From the human T2T-CHM13v2.0 reference genome, Homo sapiens, in the NCBI RefSeq assembly GCF_009914755.1, contig NC_060927.1: a stretch of 64,000 bases of DNA; one strand, given 5' to 3'. The position numbers were made by a program, and so were the translations under genes. Shown piece after piece: positions 1-18,500 of this stretch (position 1 is its first letter; the number at the start of each line of letters is the position of its first letter). A model generated the notes under the pieces. The model was not told where the DNA came from and searched no databases. It saw nothing but the letters and a program-made list of their open reading frames with translations.

Positions 1-1212
1 TGGTCCCCTTGGCTCACCTGCTTAGACTAGACCATCAGGACAGCTCTGATTTCAGTTTGGGTCTCTATCTTGTGCCCTAACTCCCATCATCATCTTCTCA
101 ACAAATGTCTATGCCTGTGACCCTGGGAGAATGAGAACGCATGTAAAAAGCTATGGGTGGGAGCTCCATGACCACAGGGGAACACCCACATAGGAGTTGA
201 TTCTGTGGAGCCTAATTCTGTAGATTCAGCAGCTTCTTTATTTCTCAAAGCAGGTATTCCCCACATCTGTAGGAGATGGAAGGGAGAGAATCAGAGAAAG
301 AAGAGTCCCAGGCAAGCAAGAAGCTGCGGGAGAATATGCAGCAATAAATTCAAGTGCCATTTGCTCTTCACCAACTCTCCGGCTCAGGTCTTACCAAGCC
401 AACGCAGTGATGGGAGGGAGCACCCAATCCAGTGAAGTGTTTTGCTTCTGGCCAGGCACATTTCTACCCTATGGAGGAGAGGACATTGCAGCAAAGGGAA
501 TTTTGAAGTCAGGCCCCAAAGATTATATAAGATAGAACACAGGAAAATGAACCATTCTTCAGAACCCTTGAAGTTCTTGTATATTATTATCCAATGATAG
601 ATATGCTTTACCATTCACACATGGGAATAAATCCTAAAAATAATAACCTTTTCATTAGAAAGCTAGACTATAATTTTTCCAGGGGTCAAATGGATAACAT
701 GCATATTTTTATAAATCTCTTTGGGCTGTTGAAGCACTGGTTTGGTGTTATAATAGCAGAAGGGGTTTTGCTGTATTTTTCTCTCTTCTTTCTGAGGTTG
801 TGGTGGACAAACAGGAATTCAAATTTTGCAACTCTAAAATGACACCCCTACTTCATGGTTGGGGGCTGTTTTTCCAGTATCAGGCACAGATGGTGTTTCT
901 GTCTCCTCCAGAGAATATTTTTGGATGTAAAGTTTCTGAAATAAATTATTCAACTGAGGCCAAAATAGTCTCTGGAAAATAATCATATGTGAATAGAAAA
1001 TAAGAGCAGCCTGGCCGGGGCTGAGAAAAAAATGCAGCTGGTTTTTAGAAATGGTAATGTTTGTACTAATATTTGTATTAGGAATAGAATGAGACCCGGA
1101 ATTTTGGAAGTGAGTGCTGTTTTACTCAGAAAATTTGGTGATTATCTTCTCTTTTCTTTTCCTTTCTCCCTCTCTCTCATTCTCTTAAGATTAGTGAAGA
1201 GCAGTCAAGGGT

Positions 1213-1365
1213 TAGTACTTCTGAAACTCTAATGACCATATGAATTACCTCTGGATTTTGTTAAAATGCACACTTTGACTCCATATGTCTATAGATTCTG
1301 CATTTCCAACAAGCTTCTGGGTTAGGGTACTGTTACTGGTCTGCAGATCACTTTGAGTGACAAGT
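1213..1365. mobile_element. MER5A1-like hAT-Charlie MITE
   Basis: ttgttaaaatgca...attctgcatttccaacaagct...ctttgagtgacaag resembles the MER5A1 consensus. Confidence 0.65.
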
Positions 1366-1449
1366 GCTGGAGGAAGTTCAGATAAATTATATAATGGAGT
1401 AAAGCTATGCTTTGCCAATCTAGTAAATTAATTATTTTATTTTTTCCTT

Positions 1450-1720
1450 TAATAGGTATTTATTGAAACCTGCTTTGTGCTGGGCAATGTGCCAGATGTT
1501 GGGGATAAAATGGTGAGCAGACAGATCCTGTGCCTGTCTTTATTGAGCTTGGAGCCTAGTATGTATGACAAACTTTAATCAAATAATCATATATTGAAAT
1601 ATTGCAGCTGTAGTAAATCTAATGAAGAAGGGGTACAGGTGCTATGAGATCTTAAAATAGGTGCCTTCATTAGAGGGCTGGAAAAGGTTTCCCTGAGGAA
1701 GGGTATTGAGCTATGAAGAT
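1450..1720 (-). mobile_element. L2 3' fragment
   Basis: tatttattgaaacctgctttgtgctgggca...gggataaaatggtgagcagacaga is the antisense L2 3' end. Confidence 0.7.
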
Positions 1721-1749
1721 AAGAACAGTAGTCATTATTATCATCATAG

Positions 1750-1960
1750 TGAGCAGCTAGCCATGATTTGAACATTTCCTTTGGGCCAGTACTAGGTATA
1801 CATCTGTCCATTATCTCATTTAATTCTCACAGCAACCTCCTAAGGTAGGTGCTGTTGTTATCCAATGTTACGGTGGAGAGACCTGAGGCTCAGAGAGTTT
1901 GCACAAGGTCACACAGCTAGCACACAGCAAATTCATTACCCAAACACAGAACCATTTAAC
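1750..1960 (-). mobile_element. MIR
   Basis: ctcatttaattctcacagcaacc...ctgaggctcagagag...aaggtcacacagctag MIR core. Confidence 0.8.
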
Positions 1961-2365
1961 TGCTTCAAGTTATCATCCAGGACTTTAACCAGAAAGACTG
2001 CTGAATCAACTGTATCAGCTTCTTAGCTCCTTGTTTTAACAGCAGCCATATTGGGAACTGTTCTGCTCCTGCTGGTGTGATGTAGCAGTGAAGGCTCTGG
2101 GCAGGAATGAGGAAACATGACTTTGGGCCCTAGTTTTGCCAGTAACTTGCCTGGGGTTTGGACAGTGGTCATGACGGTGACCACTTTTCAAGCACTTTCT
2201 GTCTACCACATACTTTGCTAAGGCTTAACAAATGATTATTTTGCAAGATCAGAGTTATATATTAATATCTGCATTTTACTGGTGGGACAATGAAACTTGG
2301 AGAAGGTTAAGTGGCAAAATTCGTAAGAGGTAGGGCATGGGTTTGAGAGGTTGTTTAGTGTAGTG

Positions 2366-3863
<1,498 letters not shown>

Positions 3864-3927
3864 CCTAGTGCATGAGAACATGGGCTCTGGAGCCAGGCCT
3901 GCCTGGGTATATCCTATTATCGCTGGG

Positions 3928-4352
3928 TTTTTTTTTTAATTTTATTTTACGTTTAGGGGTACATGTGCAGGTTTGTTATGTAGATAATAAACTCATGTCA
4001 TGGGGATTTGTTGTACAGATTATTTTGTTACCCAGGTACGAAGCCTATTACCCAGTGGTTATTTTTTTTGCTCCTCTCCCTCCTCTCATCCTCCACCCTC
4101 AAGTAGGCCCCAGCATCTGTTGTTTCCTTCTTTCTATTCATGAGTTCTCATCATTTAGTTCCCACTTATAAGTGAGAACATGCAGTATTTGGTTTTCTGT
4201 TCCTGGGTTAGTTTGCTAAGGATAATGACCTCCAGCTCCATCCATCCCATGTTCCTGCAAAAGACATAATCTCATTCTTCTTTATGGCTGCATAGTAGTC
4301 CATGGTGTATGTGTACCATATTTTCTTCATACACTCTGTCATTGATGGGCAT
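3928..4352 (-). mobile_element. L1PA (about PA13-15) 3' end fragment
   Basis: ggggtacatgtgcaggtttgtta...cccacttataagtgagaacatgcagtatttggttttctgttcc is the L1 3'UTR in antisense. Confidence 0.88.
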
Positions 4353-4509
4353 ATAGGAAGAGATGTTGGACCTTGGGCAAATTATTCCCACTTTGTCTGC
4401 ACTAGTTTTATAAGCAATATAGAAACAGTTCCTACATTCATTCTAGGGGTGTTATGAATGATAAACAGGTGGGCACAGATCCGTTAGCTCTTGTCTAATT
4501 TGTGAGTGA

Positions 4510-4923
<414 letters not shown>

Positions 4924-5152
4924 TAAACAAATTTCAGATCAATATTCTAGCTAGAGATGATGCCAGTATAGAAAACTCTATTTAGCCTCTGAAAGGAGTG
5001 TACTTGCATTGTATGGACAAAGGAAGTTACTTTGAAATTATTCCTAGCTCTGCCATAGATTTGCTCTTTGGATTTGAACTTAGATACTTTTTAGAATTTG
5101 CTCACTCTGATCAAGTGTTTTGATTATGAACGTTAGCAGCAGGCATCCAGTT

Positions 5153-5955
5153 GCATTCAGCTTTCCAAGCAAATATTTACAGAGCCCCTTCTGTGCAATT
5201 GGCACGGTTCTAGGTGTGGGAATGAAACAGACAAAAGCAAACAACAGGAATGCATATTCTGGGTGTGTATATCATGGGAGAGACAAACAATGAATAAATA
5301 AGCAAAATATATAGTGCGTTGGCTGATAAGAAGGACAATGAAGAAAGACAAAGCAGGGAGAGTGGAGAAGGCCTGGGGTGTGAGTGTGGGCTGCAGTTTC
5401 CCTTCCCAGTCAGGAAATGCCTTACTACAGAGGTGATTTTGGAGTGAACCATGTGGATATCTGGGTGAGAGAATTCTAAGACCAGGGAATCGCATTTATA
5501 AAGACATAACCAGATTCTGCCCGGCGTGTTAGTGTGGTTGAGCTGAGTGGGCAAGGCAGGTGTAGAAGATGTGATCTAAGAGGTATGAAGTGCCACACTG
5601 CATCATACCGGCCTGGACACCCTGATTTGGAAGCCACTGGAGACTTTTGAGAAGTGACGTGATCAGAGGGATCCTGGTGATCAGTGTGGTAGCAGTGGAG
5701 ATTGTGAGACATGGTCAGATTCTGGATCTATTCTGAAACTAGAACTACCAAGATTTGCTGATATATGGGATTTGGGGTTTGAGGAAAACAAGGAAGTCTA
5801 GGATTATTCTAAAGCCGGGGTAACTGGAGGGATGGAATTCCAAGAACCAAGGCCAGGAAGACTGAGGAAAGGGCAGGTTTCAGTGGAGGTATCAGGGAAG
5901 GGACCAGAGTTTAGATTTAAATGTGTTCATTCTGGGGTGCTTAATAGGCATCCAA
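5153..5955 (-). mobile_element. L2a fragment
   Basis: aaatatttacagagcccc...ggcacggttctagg...ggagagacaaacaat...tggtcagattctggatctattctgaa. Confidence 0.75.
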
Positions 5956-7459
5956 TTTTTTTCATACTCTCAAGGATGAACCAAATTAGTAAAAACAGCC
6001 AATTTACTGCTAGGAATTACTAAAAAAAAAAAAGTGGCTGCATTACTTTCTAGAAAAAGAAAGCCTGAAATCTTACATATAAGGATTCTTTTTTTTTTTT
6101 TGTGCATCATGTGGTGCTGTTCCAGAACTGAACACCCTATGCCAGGTGCGGTCTTATTAAAGTTCTGGAAGAAAAGACTATCTGTTCTGAGACACAATGC
6201 CTCTACTTGTGGAACTAAAAATAGCTCAGCTCTCAGTCCCCAGGGCACGCAGTTCTCTAAGTGTCCATCCATTACATGGCCACATTAGTTTGACAAGTTT
6301 TCAAGGCTCACCTGTCCACTACTCACACATCTGGGTTTTATATTTTAATTTTAATATTTTGCATGGCTCCTTCTGCCTTTGTCACAAATGTGACTTTCTC
6401 TACTTCATCCTTCCCTCTCACAGATGCTATTGTTGGGTATGGCTGCCTGATATATTGTTGTCATTAATAAGAAAAACAGCATTTCCCAATTTAGTATCAT
6501 CTGTAGAATTCATTAACGTGTTGTTTGCACTTTTATCCAGATATTTTAAAAGGATGTCAAATAATACGGATAATCATCTTACAATTAAAGTAAGGGAAAG
6601 GTTATCTTTTTTTTGGAGGAGAAAAAGGGACATGTTTTCTGTTGTTTCCAATAGCTCATTTGCTCAGCAAACAGACAAGAAAAAGGGAGCAGGGACAGAT
6701 TTTTTTTATAAGAATGTCAATTCATTCGTGGGTTGGGGAGAATTGTCCAGAAGCTTAACTGACATTCCTCTTCCACATCATCCCACATATAATTTTGAAA
6801 CAAAGACAAGCAGGAAACGCAGATTTCATAACCTGAAATCTCTTTAGCTTCATCAAATGCCAAAAAGCAACTGCAATGGCAGAATAAAATACACTAATGT
6901 GTTTTGACACAATAATCGTGCCTGTTTCTCTTTAATGAGCCAGGCTGGGGATTTCCAACTTATAGAGGCAGAGAAAGGCTGTCAAACCAGCAGATGTGCC
7001 CCATACTTGCAAGGGGCATTTACTTAATGGGCCATCTGAATACTTGTCTACATGTCAGCGATGATGCAAACATGACATCTCTCAGCTTGAGAGTTGCTCT
7101 TGTGTGCAGACAACTTTGTGAAGTCATGGGATAGCACTTGGAAAGGAATTTTAAACTGGGAATACATTTCATAGCTCAGCTGCAAGACTGAAGACTGCAG
7201 GAAGGAATTCACTTTCAGCAACTATGTGAATTCATGGAGTAGGTCCATGCTATTTCAGTTCTGCACAGCTGGCCGACTGTGAAGCTTTATTTTTCTCTTC
7301 TTAGAGCTGAGTGACGTCTCTTTAATGGTTTTGGAATGACTGTTGCCAACTCTTTTTGATAATTTTTGTTTTGTTTCTCTCAACTGGGATATTTCTTCTC
7401 ACCTGGGTGATTTCCCATCTTAAGAATTTTTCGGCTAATGTATGAGGGTTTTTTTTTTT

Positions 7460-8015
7460 TTTTTTCTTGATTGCCTGGAACAGACATCAACTTGTGTTAG
7501 CTCACTCACAAAATGAGGATCTAGTGTAAAGATGGAGAGATTGTGCAATGGAAGTGTAAGCAGAAATACAGCGAGGGCTCAGGAAATACTAGAATAGGCA
7601 ACATGCTCTTCCTCTCTGCTTCTATCTGCACATCTGCTTTATTTCTTTGCCTCAGCAGACTCACCATCTCTGCTCCTCATCCCGCATGGTGGGGAAGGAT
7701 GCCCACCCACAGCTCCCCAGGCCATCTGTTAGAGCTCCAACCACGTGGAATGACGGAATCCATTCTGTTCTCTATCTCTGCTCTAGTTTCAAATTCCTGG
7801 GGAAAAATGACCCAGCTCACTTCAGGCTCCCACTCTTGGTCCAGTGGGCTGCAAAATTTCCAAGCGTAGCTTCTGTCAGTTCCTTGCTTTGGGTTAGGTG
7901 AAAATGAAGGGAATAATTGTGAGCTGTTCAGATTCACCAAGAAATTATCTACTATTGTTGGGGGAGAATGCCCAGGGACAGATGCATTTGGGTAAGGGAC
8001 AATAACAAGACACTA
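7460..8015 (-). mobile_element. Old MLT1 (J/L-like) MaLR LTR
   Basis: ttcttgattgcctggaacagacatcaacttgtgttagctca resembles the MLT1J/L end; highly diverged. Confidence 0.45.
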
Positions 8016-8448
8016 GAAAGGAAAATCCCAATTTTATTTTCCTACAGAGTCAGCATCCCACACATTTTCCTTCACAGAAACTGACAAATAATCCATGGGG
8101 GCAGCTTAGCAGATGGGTTGAAAAAAGCGACAGGCTCATCATCAGTTTTCAACACCTTGATACATCAGGCTTGGCCCTTGCTACCTCATGCATTATTTAA
8201 GCACAATGCATCTCCCTCTGATTGTGTCATGTGCTGGAGGAGAATGTGAAGTTCTGTCTGTCTTTAGCAAACATGTTTCAAGTACTGTCTGTCTGAAAAC
8301 CAAATGGAAGAGGGTAAACCTGATGATCCACTTGATTTTAGTTTTAGGACCTGGATGCATAGGCAGATGTCAGTTTACAAGGATTCTGTGTACTTTAAGG
8401 AATGTTTTCTGAGCATGTCCAGTACAACAGACGCTCTGTTAGGTAGCT

Positions 8449-9020
8449 GTAGTTAGGATTTTTTGGTTGTAAGTATGTGAAGATTTAAATGTATCAGCTC
8501 ACTTCTCAGAAAATCTGAGGCAGTGCTAGCCAAACCAAATGGTTCAAGCAAATGTCATCAGTATTTGGCCTCTTCCAGTCTTTTTACTCCTCTATCCTCT
8601 GTGTCTGCTTCACTTCTACACAAGCTTTCTCTATGTGGTGGCTCCAGATTTTATATCTTCTAGTAGATATTTTTTTAAAAAAAGAAAAGAAAAAGACTCC
8701 CCTTGCCCCCTCCCCCAGCTCCTTTCTCTTGTTCATTCCAGTGGAAGTCCAGGGTCTCCTTGCTAACATTGCTTGATTGGCTGTGATTGGGTCATGGACC
8801 CAGTTCTGAGACAATCACTGAGTCCAGGATGAGGTGTTGCTCTGATTGGCTAAGCTTGGATCTTGTGCCCAGTCCTGGAGTTGGAGTAGAGGCAGCTCAA
8901 ACCTAACCACAGGGATGGGGCTTGCGGGTGGGGTGGTTCCCCAAAGGAAACCCAGGATACTGACACCCAAAGAAGGGGGAATAGAGGCTGTGAGGGCAGA
9001 ACCCATAAATGTCTACTACC
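8449..9020 (-). mobile_element. MLT1K-like MaLR LTR
   Basis: ctgattggc...gggtcatg...gtggttccccaaaggaaa...aatgtctactac matches the MLT1K pattern. Confidence 0.75.
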
Positions 9021-9449
9021 CAGGCTAAGGAAGGAGACACATACACTACTTACTCTCATAAAAACCTAATGATGGTAGGTGTTTCAAGTGAGATATTTGG
9101 AAAACACAGATGAAAAGCCATTAATTCTGAAAATCTAGACATCAGTGAGGGATTTTAGAAAATACAACATCTGTGATGGGCCTTGAAGGATAAGGGGGAG
9201 GCTGGAACAGGGCATTCTAGGCAGAGGGAGCAATGTTTAAATATACTCAGAGATTTCTAAGGGGGTGGCACATTCCGGAGAACGTTAGACCAGTGTGTAT
9301 TGAGGACTTATAGGTTGATACAAATATGACATTTCTGACCTTTGAGGCCTGAAATGTTTCCCTGTCATTGATGTATATATGTATTTACTGAATATTCACA
9401 TACATAAGCCTTCAGCTCTCAAATTATATGTAAGCATGGACACATTACA

Positions 9450-9695
9450 TACAATGGTGCAATCAGCAGAGACTCTGAATTCATTCAGACCTGGTATGAA
9501 TCCCAGCTCAGCCACCTACTGGCTGTATGACAACAGAGAAGTAATTTAAATATTTTAGCCTTCATGTTTTTATCTGTAGGAGGGTGACCTATCCACTGCA
9601 TATTGTCTTTGTGAGAATTAACTGAGTTCACACACGGAAATTACCCAAAATGGTGCCTGGGATATAATAGACACTCACTAAATACCAGTTACTTT
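9450..9695 (+). mobile_element. MIR
   Basis: cagacctggtatgaatcccagctcagccacctactggctgtatga...tggtgcctggg. Confidence 0.8.
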
Positions 9696-9799
9696 CTCTC
9701 TTCCCGCTCCTCCTTTGTATATAACCACACTGTTTCTAATAAGAGCATGAAATTGATTTGTTTTATTACACGCATAGTGACTACTTGTTGACCACAGCA

Positions 9800-12503
<2,704 letters not shown>

Positions 12504-14189
12504 AAAAAATCAGCTGAGATAAATGAACTTGTAATTCTGTAGATAACGGGGGAAATTCCCCAGATTGAGTGGAGACATTTTGTTTAAATGTAGCTAATGT
12601 TTAAAATAATTACCTTCTTAAGAAGACCTATACTTTCTTCTGGAGCATGGTGGTGTGTCCTTCACTTGGATTTCACAGATTATAAATGACCTGATAATGA
12701 ACCCAGTATGAGAAACAGTTGAAGATTTTTTTTCTCCCTGGGTTGGGTTGGGGGCAGAGGGAATGGGCTTTTGATCATTTTTGAGTCTCAAAATTGTTCC
12801 ATGTAGGTTAGCCATTTCAAAAGCCAAAAAACCCATCTTTTTGGATAAACAATATCCAGTAAATAACCCTCCACTCTTATCTTTAAATATTGACACCAAA
12901 TCCTATAAAAAAAACTCTGTTATTTGTAAATAAAAGGTACATTGGTTCAAAGGGTCAAAGTGGAGAAACATCATAACGAGTCAAGTGTCCATGGCATAAC
13001 TTTGAATAAGATCACTTTTATACCATCCAAAGCCATTGGATTTCAAGCAGACTGCTAAATTTAACCACAGGGAATTGTTAACATTCTACCATTTTTCTGA
13101 CCTACAAAATGACAATTTCCTAGGGTTGAAATAACAGATGATTCTTGCTGTTCTTTAAGAGAACATAACCTTCATTTCCTCCCCGTTTTCCTGTGAGTAT
13201 TTTCTCCTTATTTTAGTGGGTGGATGTCAGATTTTTCTCTGATGGTTCCTCTGATGAAATATCTAACAGATGAGTAGACAAACTTTGTCACAATATTTAG
13301 TTTTTTATTTGTGAGTTAATTGTATAAGTTGTATTAACTTTGTTCCCTATATTTTCCATATGGTACTTTCAATAAACATAAACAAAACAATATAACTCCA
13401 GAAGATAAAATCTGATTGCCACTGAAAGCTAATGCCTAGAAGTATGTGAACTATTAATAATCACAAAGCCTTTGCTCCAATACCCTGTTGGCTATTTAAA
13501 AATACTATTCTCAGTTTAAAGTTATTTTAAAACACATCTAGTTTTAGCCATAAATACCCTTTTGTTCTGACATTTACTTTAAATAACTGTGCTTTCTTAT
13601 AAAACAAGACGCAGCCTACTAATATTCAACCAATACTACCACATTCTTCACAATTCTGGGTTGCATATGTTTAAGATTTAAGGTTAAAAAGCAGTATTTT
13701 TCTTAAGGTAAAAAAAAAATGATCCAATTAAATACAAGCCAAGATTATGCAATGCATTTGAATCTGTGCATGGGAAGAATGGTGAGAGACTCTTGCTATG
13801 GGGATTATTTGGGGTGTGGTTCCTCCAAAGGGAGTAAACCCAGGTTTTAGAGAAAGTTTTCAAAAAATTATTCTCTGAAACTAAAGCTACTAATGTCAAC
13901 ATAATATCATGAGATTAGTTCTTTGCAAAAGGAACATAATAAATAATAATCTACATATGCATTGCTTTTAAGACAAGTGTGTCCCCTAAAGGCATCTAAA
14001 AAAAAAAAACTCATCAGCAAGAATCCCTTGTAAATATTTGTACAATACACAATATAGCCCACTTAACTGGAACATTATGCTACAAAAGGTGATTTTTAGA
14101 CAGAGAATTGTGTGAAATTTCCATGACTGTCTGTATATGAAATCTTTTTTGTCCTGTAGTTATATCATGTGCCTAGGATTTTTCATTTT

Positions 14190-14508
14190 CATTTTATTTT
14201 ATTTCTATCGATTTCTATTGATTTACTTAGAGACAGTTTCATTCTGTTACTCATTCTGGAGTGCAGTGGCACTTTCACAGCTCCTGCAGCTCTGAACTCC
14301 TGGGCTCAAGCCATCCTCTTGTCTCAGCTTCCTGAGTAATTGGGACTACAGGTGCATGCCACCATGCTCGACTAATTAAAAAAAAAAATTGTAGAAATGG
14401 AGTCTCACTATGTTGCCTAGGCTTGTCTTGAACTGCTGGCCTCAAGTGACCCTCCCACCTTAGCCTCCCAAAGCACTGGGATTACAGGTGTGAGCCATTG
14501 CACCTGGC
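14190..14508 (-). mobile_element. AluJ (Jo/Jr-like)
   Basis: Antisense dimer, gaactcctgggctcaagccatcctc. Confidence 0.92.
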
Positions 14509-14553
14509 ATCTGTGATTTTTTAAATAGGAAAATATAACTTCTGTTTTTATAA

Positions 14554-15059
14554 GTGCATTAGTTTCCTGTGGCTGTTGTAACAGATTGCCACAAATTTGG
14601 TGGCTTAAAACAGCAAGAAATGTATCCTCTCATAGTTCTCGAGGACAAAAGTCTGAATCCAGAGCTGAAATCACTGTGTTGGCAGGCCCTCCCTCCCCTA
14701 GACACTCTTGGGAAGAATCTATTCCTTGCCTCTTTTAGCTTCTGGTGGCTCCTGCGTTGCATTCTTTGAAGGTGGCCATGTCATGCCGGTCTTCAATGCC
14801 AGCATCGTCAAATCTCTCTTACTTCATCTTCATGTCACCCTTTCCTCTACATGTTTCTGATCTCCCTTTGCCTACTTTTTATAAAGACACATGTGACTGC
14901 ATTTAAGGTCCACTTTGATAATGCAGGATAATCTCATCTCGGATATATATTTTAATCACATCTGCAAAGATACTTTTCCCATATAGGGCCCCATTTGTAA
15001 ATTCCAGGGATTAGTACATGATTAATGTTGGGGGGAGGTGCATTTTTAAGACTACTACA
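14554..15059 (-). mobile_element. MLT1C-like MaLR solo LTR
   Basis: tgcattagtttcctgtggctgttgtaaca...ggtggcttaaaacagcaagaaat...taatcacatctgcaaaga...actactaca. Confidence 0.85.
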
Positions 15060-15690
15060 ATAGGGAATGTGAGATAAAGCAGCATAGTGAACTGGAAGGA
15101 CTAGAAGTTAGGAAACCAGGCTCAAGTCCTGGAATTTGTCTAGGTTTCCTTGGAAAAGTCAATTATTTGAGACTCACTTTCATTATCTATAAAATGGGTA
15201 TTGGGTATAAGGAGACAGATGATATCCCTACGTTTTTTGTTTCAAAATTATATTAGGCATAAATAAGACAGATATGCCAGTATTTGTCTTTCATTCTCTA
15301 AGGAGAGAGAGAAAGTTCTGGGATTTGGTGGCTACAAACTTTTCAACCACCAGAAAAGTACAAATGATAGTGGAATCAGGGTAAGTCTCTGGCCTGTATC
15401 ATACATCCTGCAATAACATTCAGAGATCACAAGCAACCTTCTGACTGTTAATTCTGTGCTTCAAGTACCTTGATTTCAGGAAGTCCTGACTCCTAGAAAA
15501 AATATATCTTTTATTATAAATTGATGAATTCCCTTCCAGCTCAGAAACCAGACTTCAGTGATTTCATTAGACCTGACAACTACAAAATGAATTAATAAAG
15601 TATAGTTCCTTAGTCCTCCAAATTTGAATTGCATAGTGAGCCTTATTCTGAAAGATCCTGACATTTATTAATTTCACAGACACTTATACC

Positions 15691-15713
15691 AATAATAATA
15701 ATAATAATAATAA
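15691..15713. repeat. (AAT)n microsatellite
   Basis: aataataataataataataataa. Confidence 0.9.
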
Positions 15714-18428
15714 TGGTATTTCACATGCATTGAAGACTTACTCTGTGTAGCCACAAAGATAAACACTCTACATTAATTGTTTCATTTGCTGTCCACAATT
15801 TTCCAGAGAAACCAGGTGTTATTCAAGAAATCATCATCAAATACGTACTGAGTGCAGGGCATGTAATGGTGCTGCGGAATATAAAGATGAACAGGGGCCT
15901 TGACTCAAAGTAACATAATGTCTAAAAGAGGAGACAAATATTAAGCAAAGAGCCACAGAAGCAAATGTAACATTTACAACTGCATTAAATACTGCCTACC
16001 AGTGGGAGGTACATGGTGCTATTAAACTGGTTGCAGAGGAAAGATAAATCATTTTGAGAGAATTTTGTAATTTGTCCCAGGTCACAACCTAAATAAGACG
16101 AGTCTGACTTTTGATCCAGGACTGCTGACTTGGAAGCCCCATTGGTAACTACTATGCCATACCTCTTGTCTGTTTTCTCCATCACCGTTTGAAGTTTAAT
16201 ATGCCCGCCTTTTCTGTTGGCAATCTTCAAGTGGTCATTTTCCCACCATGACTGCTTGGCTCCAAAGTTTAGTTTTATTGACTGTTTTGAACATTCCCAG
16301 TGTATGGAAATTTTTAAAAGAGCCCTCAAGCCATTTCTGGAGTCTATGACACAGACTTTAGATCTCATTCTATTAAGAGTTTGATTCCAAGCCCACTTCT
16401 GAAAAGTGAAAGTATGTACTCAGTAAATTCCTGAAACTGACAAGAACTCTTTGGCTATTACTCAAAAATGTCTAATACCATGAACTAAAGTGGTGAGTTA
16501 TTTCCGCACTTCACACACAACCCCCACAATCCTTGAAAGTGGAGTACTAAACTATGTTAACCACTGGGTGCAAAACCGTTTCCCCTTAAAGATAATCTGA
16601 AATAATCTGATAATGATGGTGGATTGGAAGGCAGTGTTGATACAAATTATTTAAATTTTCTATGCTTAAATTTTCTTAAGTAAACACATTTTGTATACAA
16701 TAAACTATTCATGTAAGATTTTTCAATTAAATTTCACACTGTTAACTAGATACATTAGTAAACACAACTATTTCCTCTTACATTAACGTAGCTGCATTGA
16801 GTGTGAACTCACTTTTAGTTCTTTTTCCCCAAACTAGAGTCAGTTTTTCATATATGAACAATACATTTTTATGTGGGCAGGGCCAGAAAAAGCCAATATT
16901 CACCATGCATTTTACAGTTCCTGTAGATAAATATTAGCAGAAGTGTTGGCTTTCCATCCAGTTTAATTAAAAAAAAACACTTGGTTTTAAGTATTTTCCC
17001 CTACTTATATACAATATCATTATATAATGGAAATTAGCCATTTAAAACAACTTTAGACATTTTATTTTTTATGTTTTTATAATTTGAATTAATGGCAAAA
17101 ATAACTTAAAAGAGCTTTTTTTCCCCCTTTGGAATAAACAATCAATTTTGAAGAGAGTTCCCTTGAGCTGCTAAGAGGCAAACTAGTTAGCAAATCAAGA
17201 AGTGACCCCATGGACTTGCATAAACACTATTACACACCCAACAGGAAGGATTGTGACCAAGTAAATAGCACAATTCAAACTCAAACACCAGCTATACAAT
17301 TGCTCAGTCCCATTTAAATTGGTGACAAATGCCATTTAATCCCAAGTAACTGCTCTTTCATTCATCACGGTTCCCATATATCTCTATAATCTATTGTAGC
17401 AGAAGATTCCTAAGAAATCATTTTCTTTCTGCCTAGAACCAGTCAGCCCTATTTTAGAAATCCTAAAGTAAATACTTATAATCCCTGTCCTCTTTAAGTG
17501 ATCACTCAAAGAGGACATGACATGTTCTTTTAAGTGCCAAACAGCTGGTTCATTTCCCAATTAGAGGAGAGCACTGCAAATGATAGCTCTAAATAAATAT
17601 GTAATATAATCTACTGATAAGGACAATGTAAATATTTACAACAATTAGGGAAACAAATGTACACATATTTGAATATTCTCCAGAAGATGAAATCTATCCA
17701 TTGTAACATTTGTCAGAAAGAGTCTGTTTGGTGGGTTCTCCTCAGGAAGTTGTGCCACTTCGGTGTTTTGCTGTTAAGCTGCCTCAGGCTCTAGAAGGGG
17801 TGTACAGGAAGGAGATTCTTACGAAGGAGCCCCTTTCAATAAATTGCCTTCCAAAATGGAAGCTGGATTCCTTGCTCTCATGGTTTCAAATCTTGGATGG
17901 GGTGAAACTGGATGCCCCTTGCCCTCAACCCCTTGATGAGATGCACTGAAGGACTACCGAAGGGAAGGACAATACACAGAGTTCGCAGGGGCCTGGGCAA
18001 ACTGTCTTTCTAATTACATCCCTACATTAGTTTTCATATACACATGGTAACCACGAAGATTCAGAACAACGCTTCAGTTCAAGAATATTTTGTTTTCCAG
18101 ATGAGGCTGTATTCCTCCATAAGACCCATAAAAAGGAAAAATAGAACACTATGCTATACATTACAACATTGCAACCAATTTTATGCAAGCTCCTGTTGAA
18201 ATTTAGGTCACTTGCTCGGGCCTTAGTTTTCCCATCACTGAAAAGGGATAGTGCTACAGTCCTTTCCAGCTTCCTTCAGAAAATAGTTAGGACCTCTAAG
18301 TATTATACTTCAACTTAAAAAAGATGGACTATTCTCTGATTATAAAAATAATAAGTGATCATTGTAATACAAGGATGAATGAATAAGAAAACAAAAACAG
18401 CTTATTTTCCATTGTCAAAGTTTTCTCC

Positions 18429-18480
18429 GTGTGTGTTTGTGTGTGTGTGTGCATGTGCGCGTGTGTGTGTGTGCGTGTGT
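18429..18480. repeat. Imperfect (TG)n microsatellite
   Basis: gtgtgtgtttgtgtgtgtgtgtgcatgtgcgcgtgtg... Confidence 0.9.
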
Positions 18481-18500
18481 ATAGACACACATTACATATA

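Noticed and set aside
6197-6847. 216-aa ORF, the longest non-L1 ORF
   Set aside because: Low-complexity F/L/K-rich composition, crosses homopolymer runs, no recognisable domain
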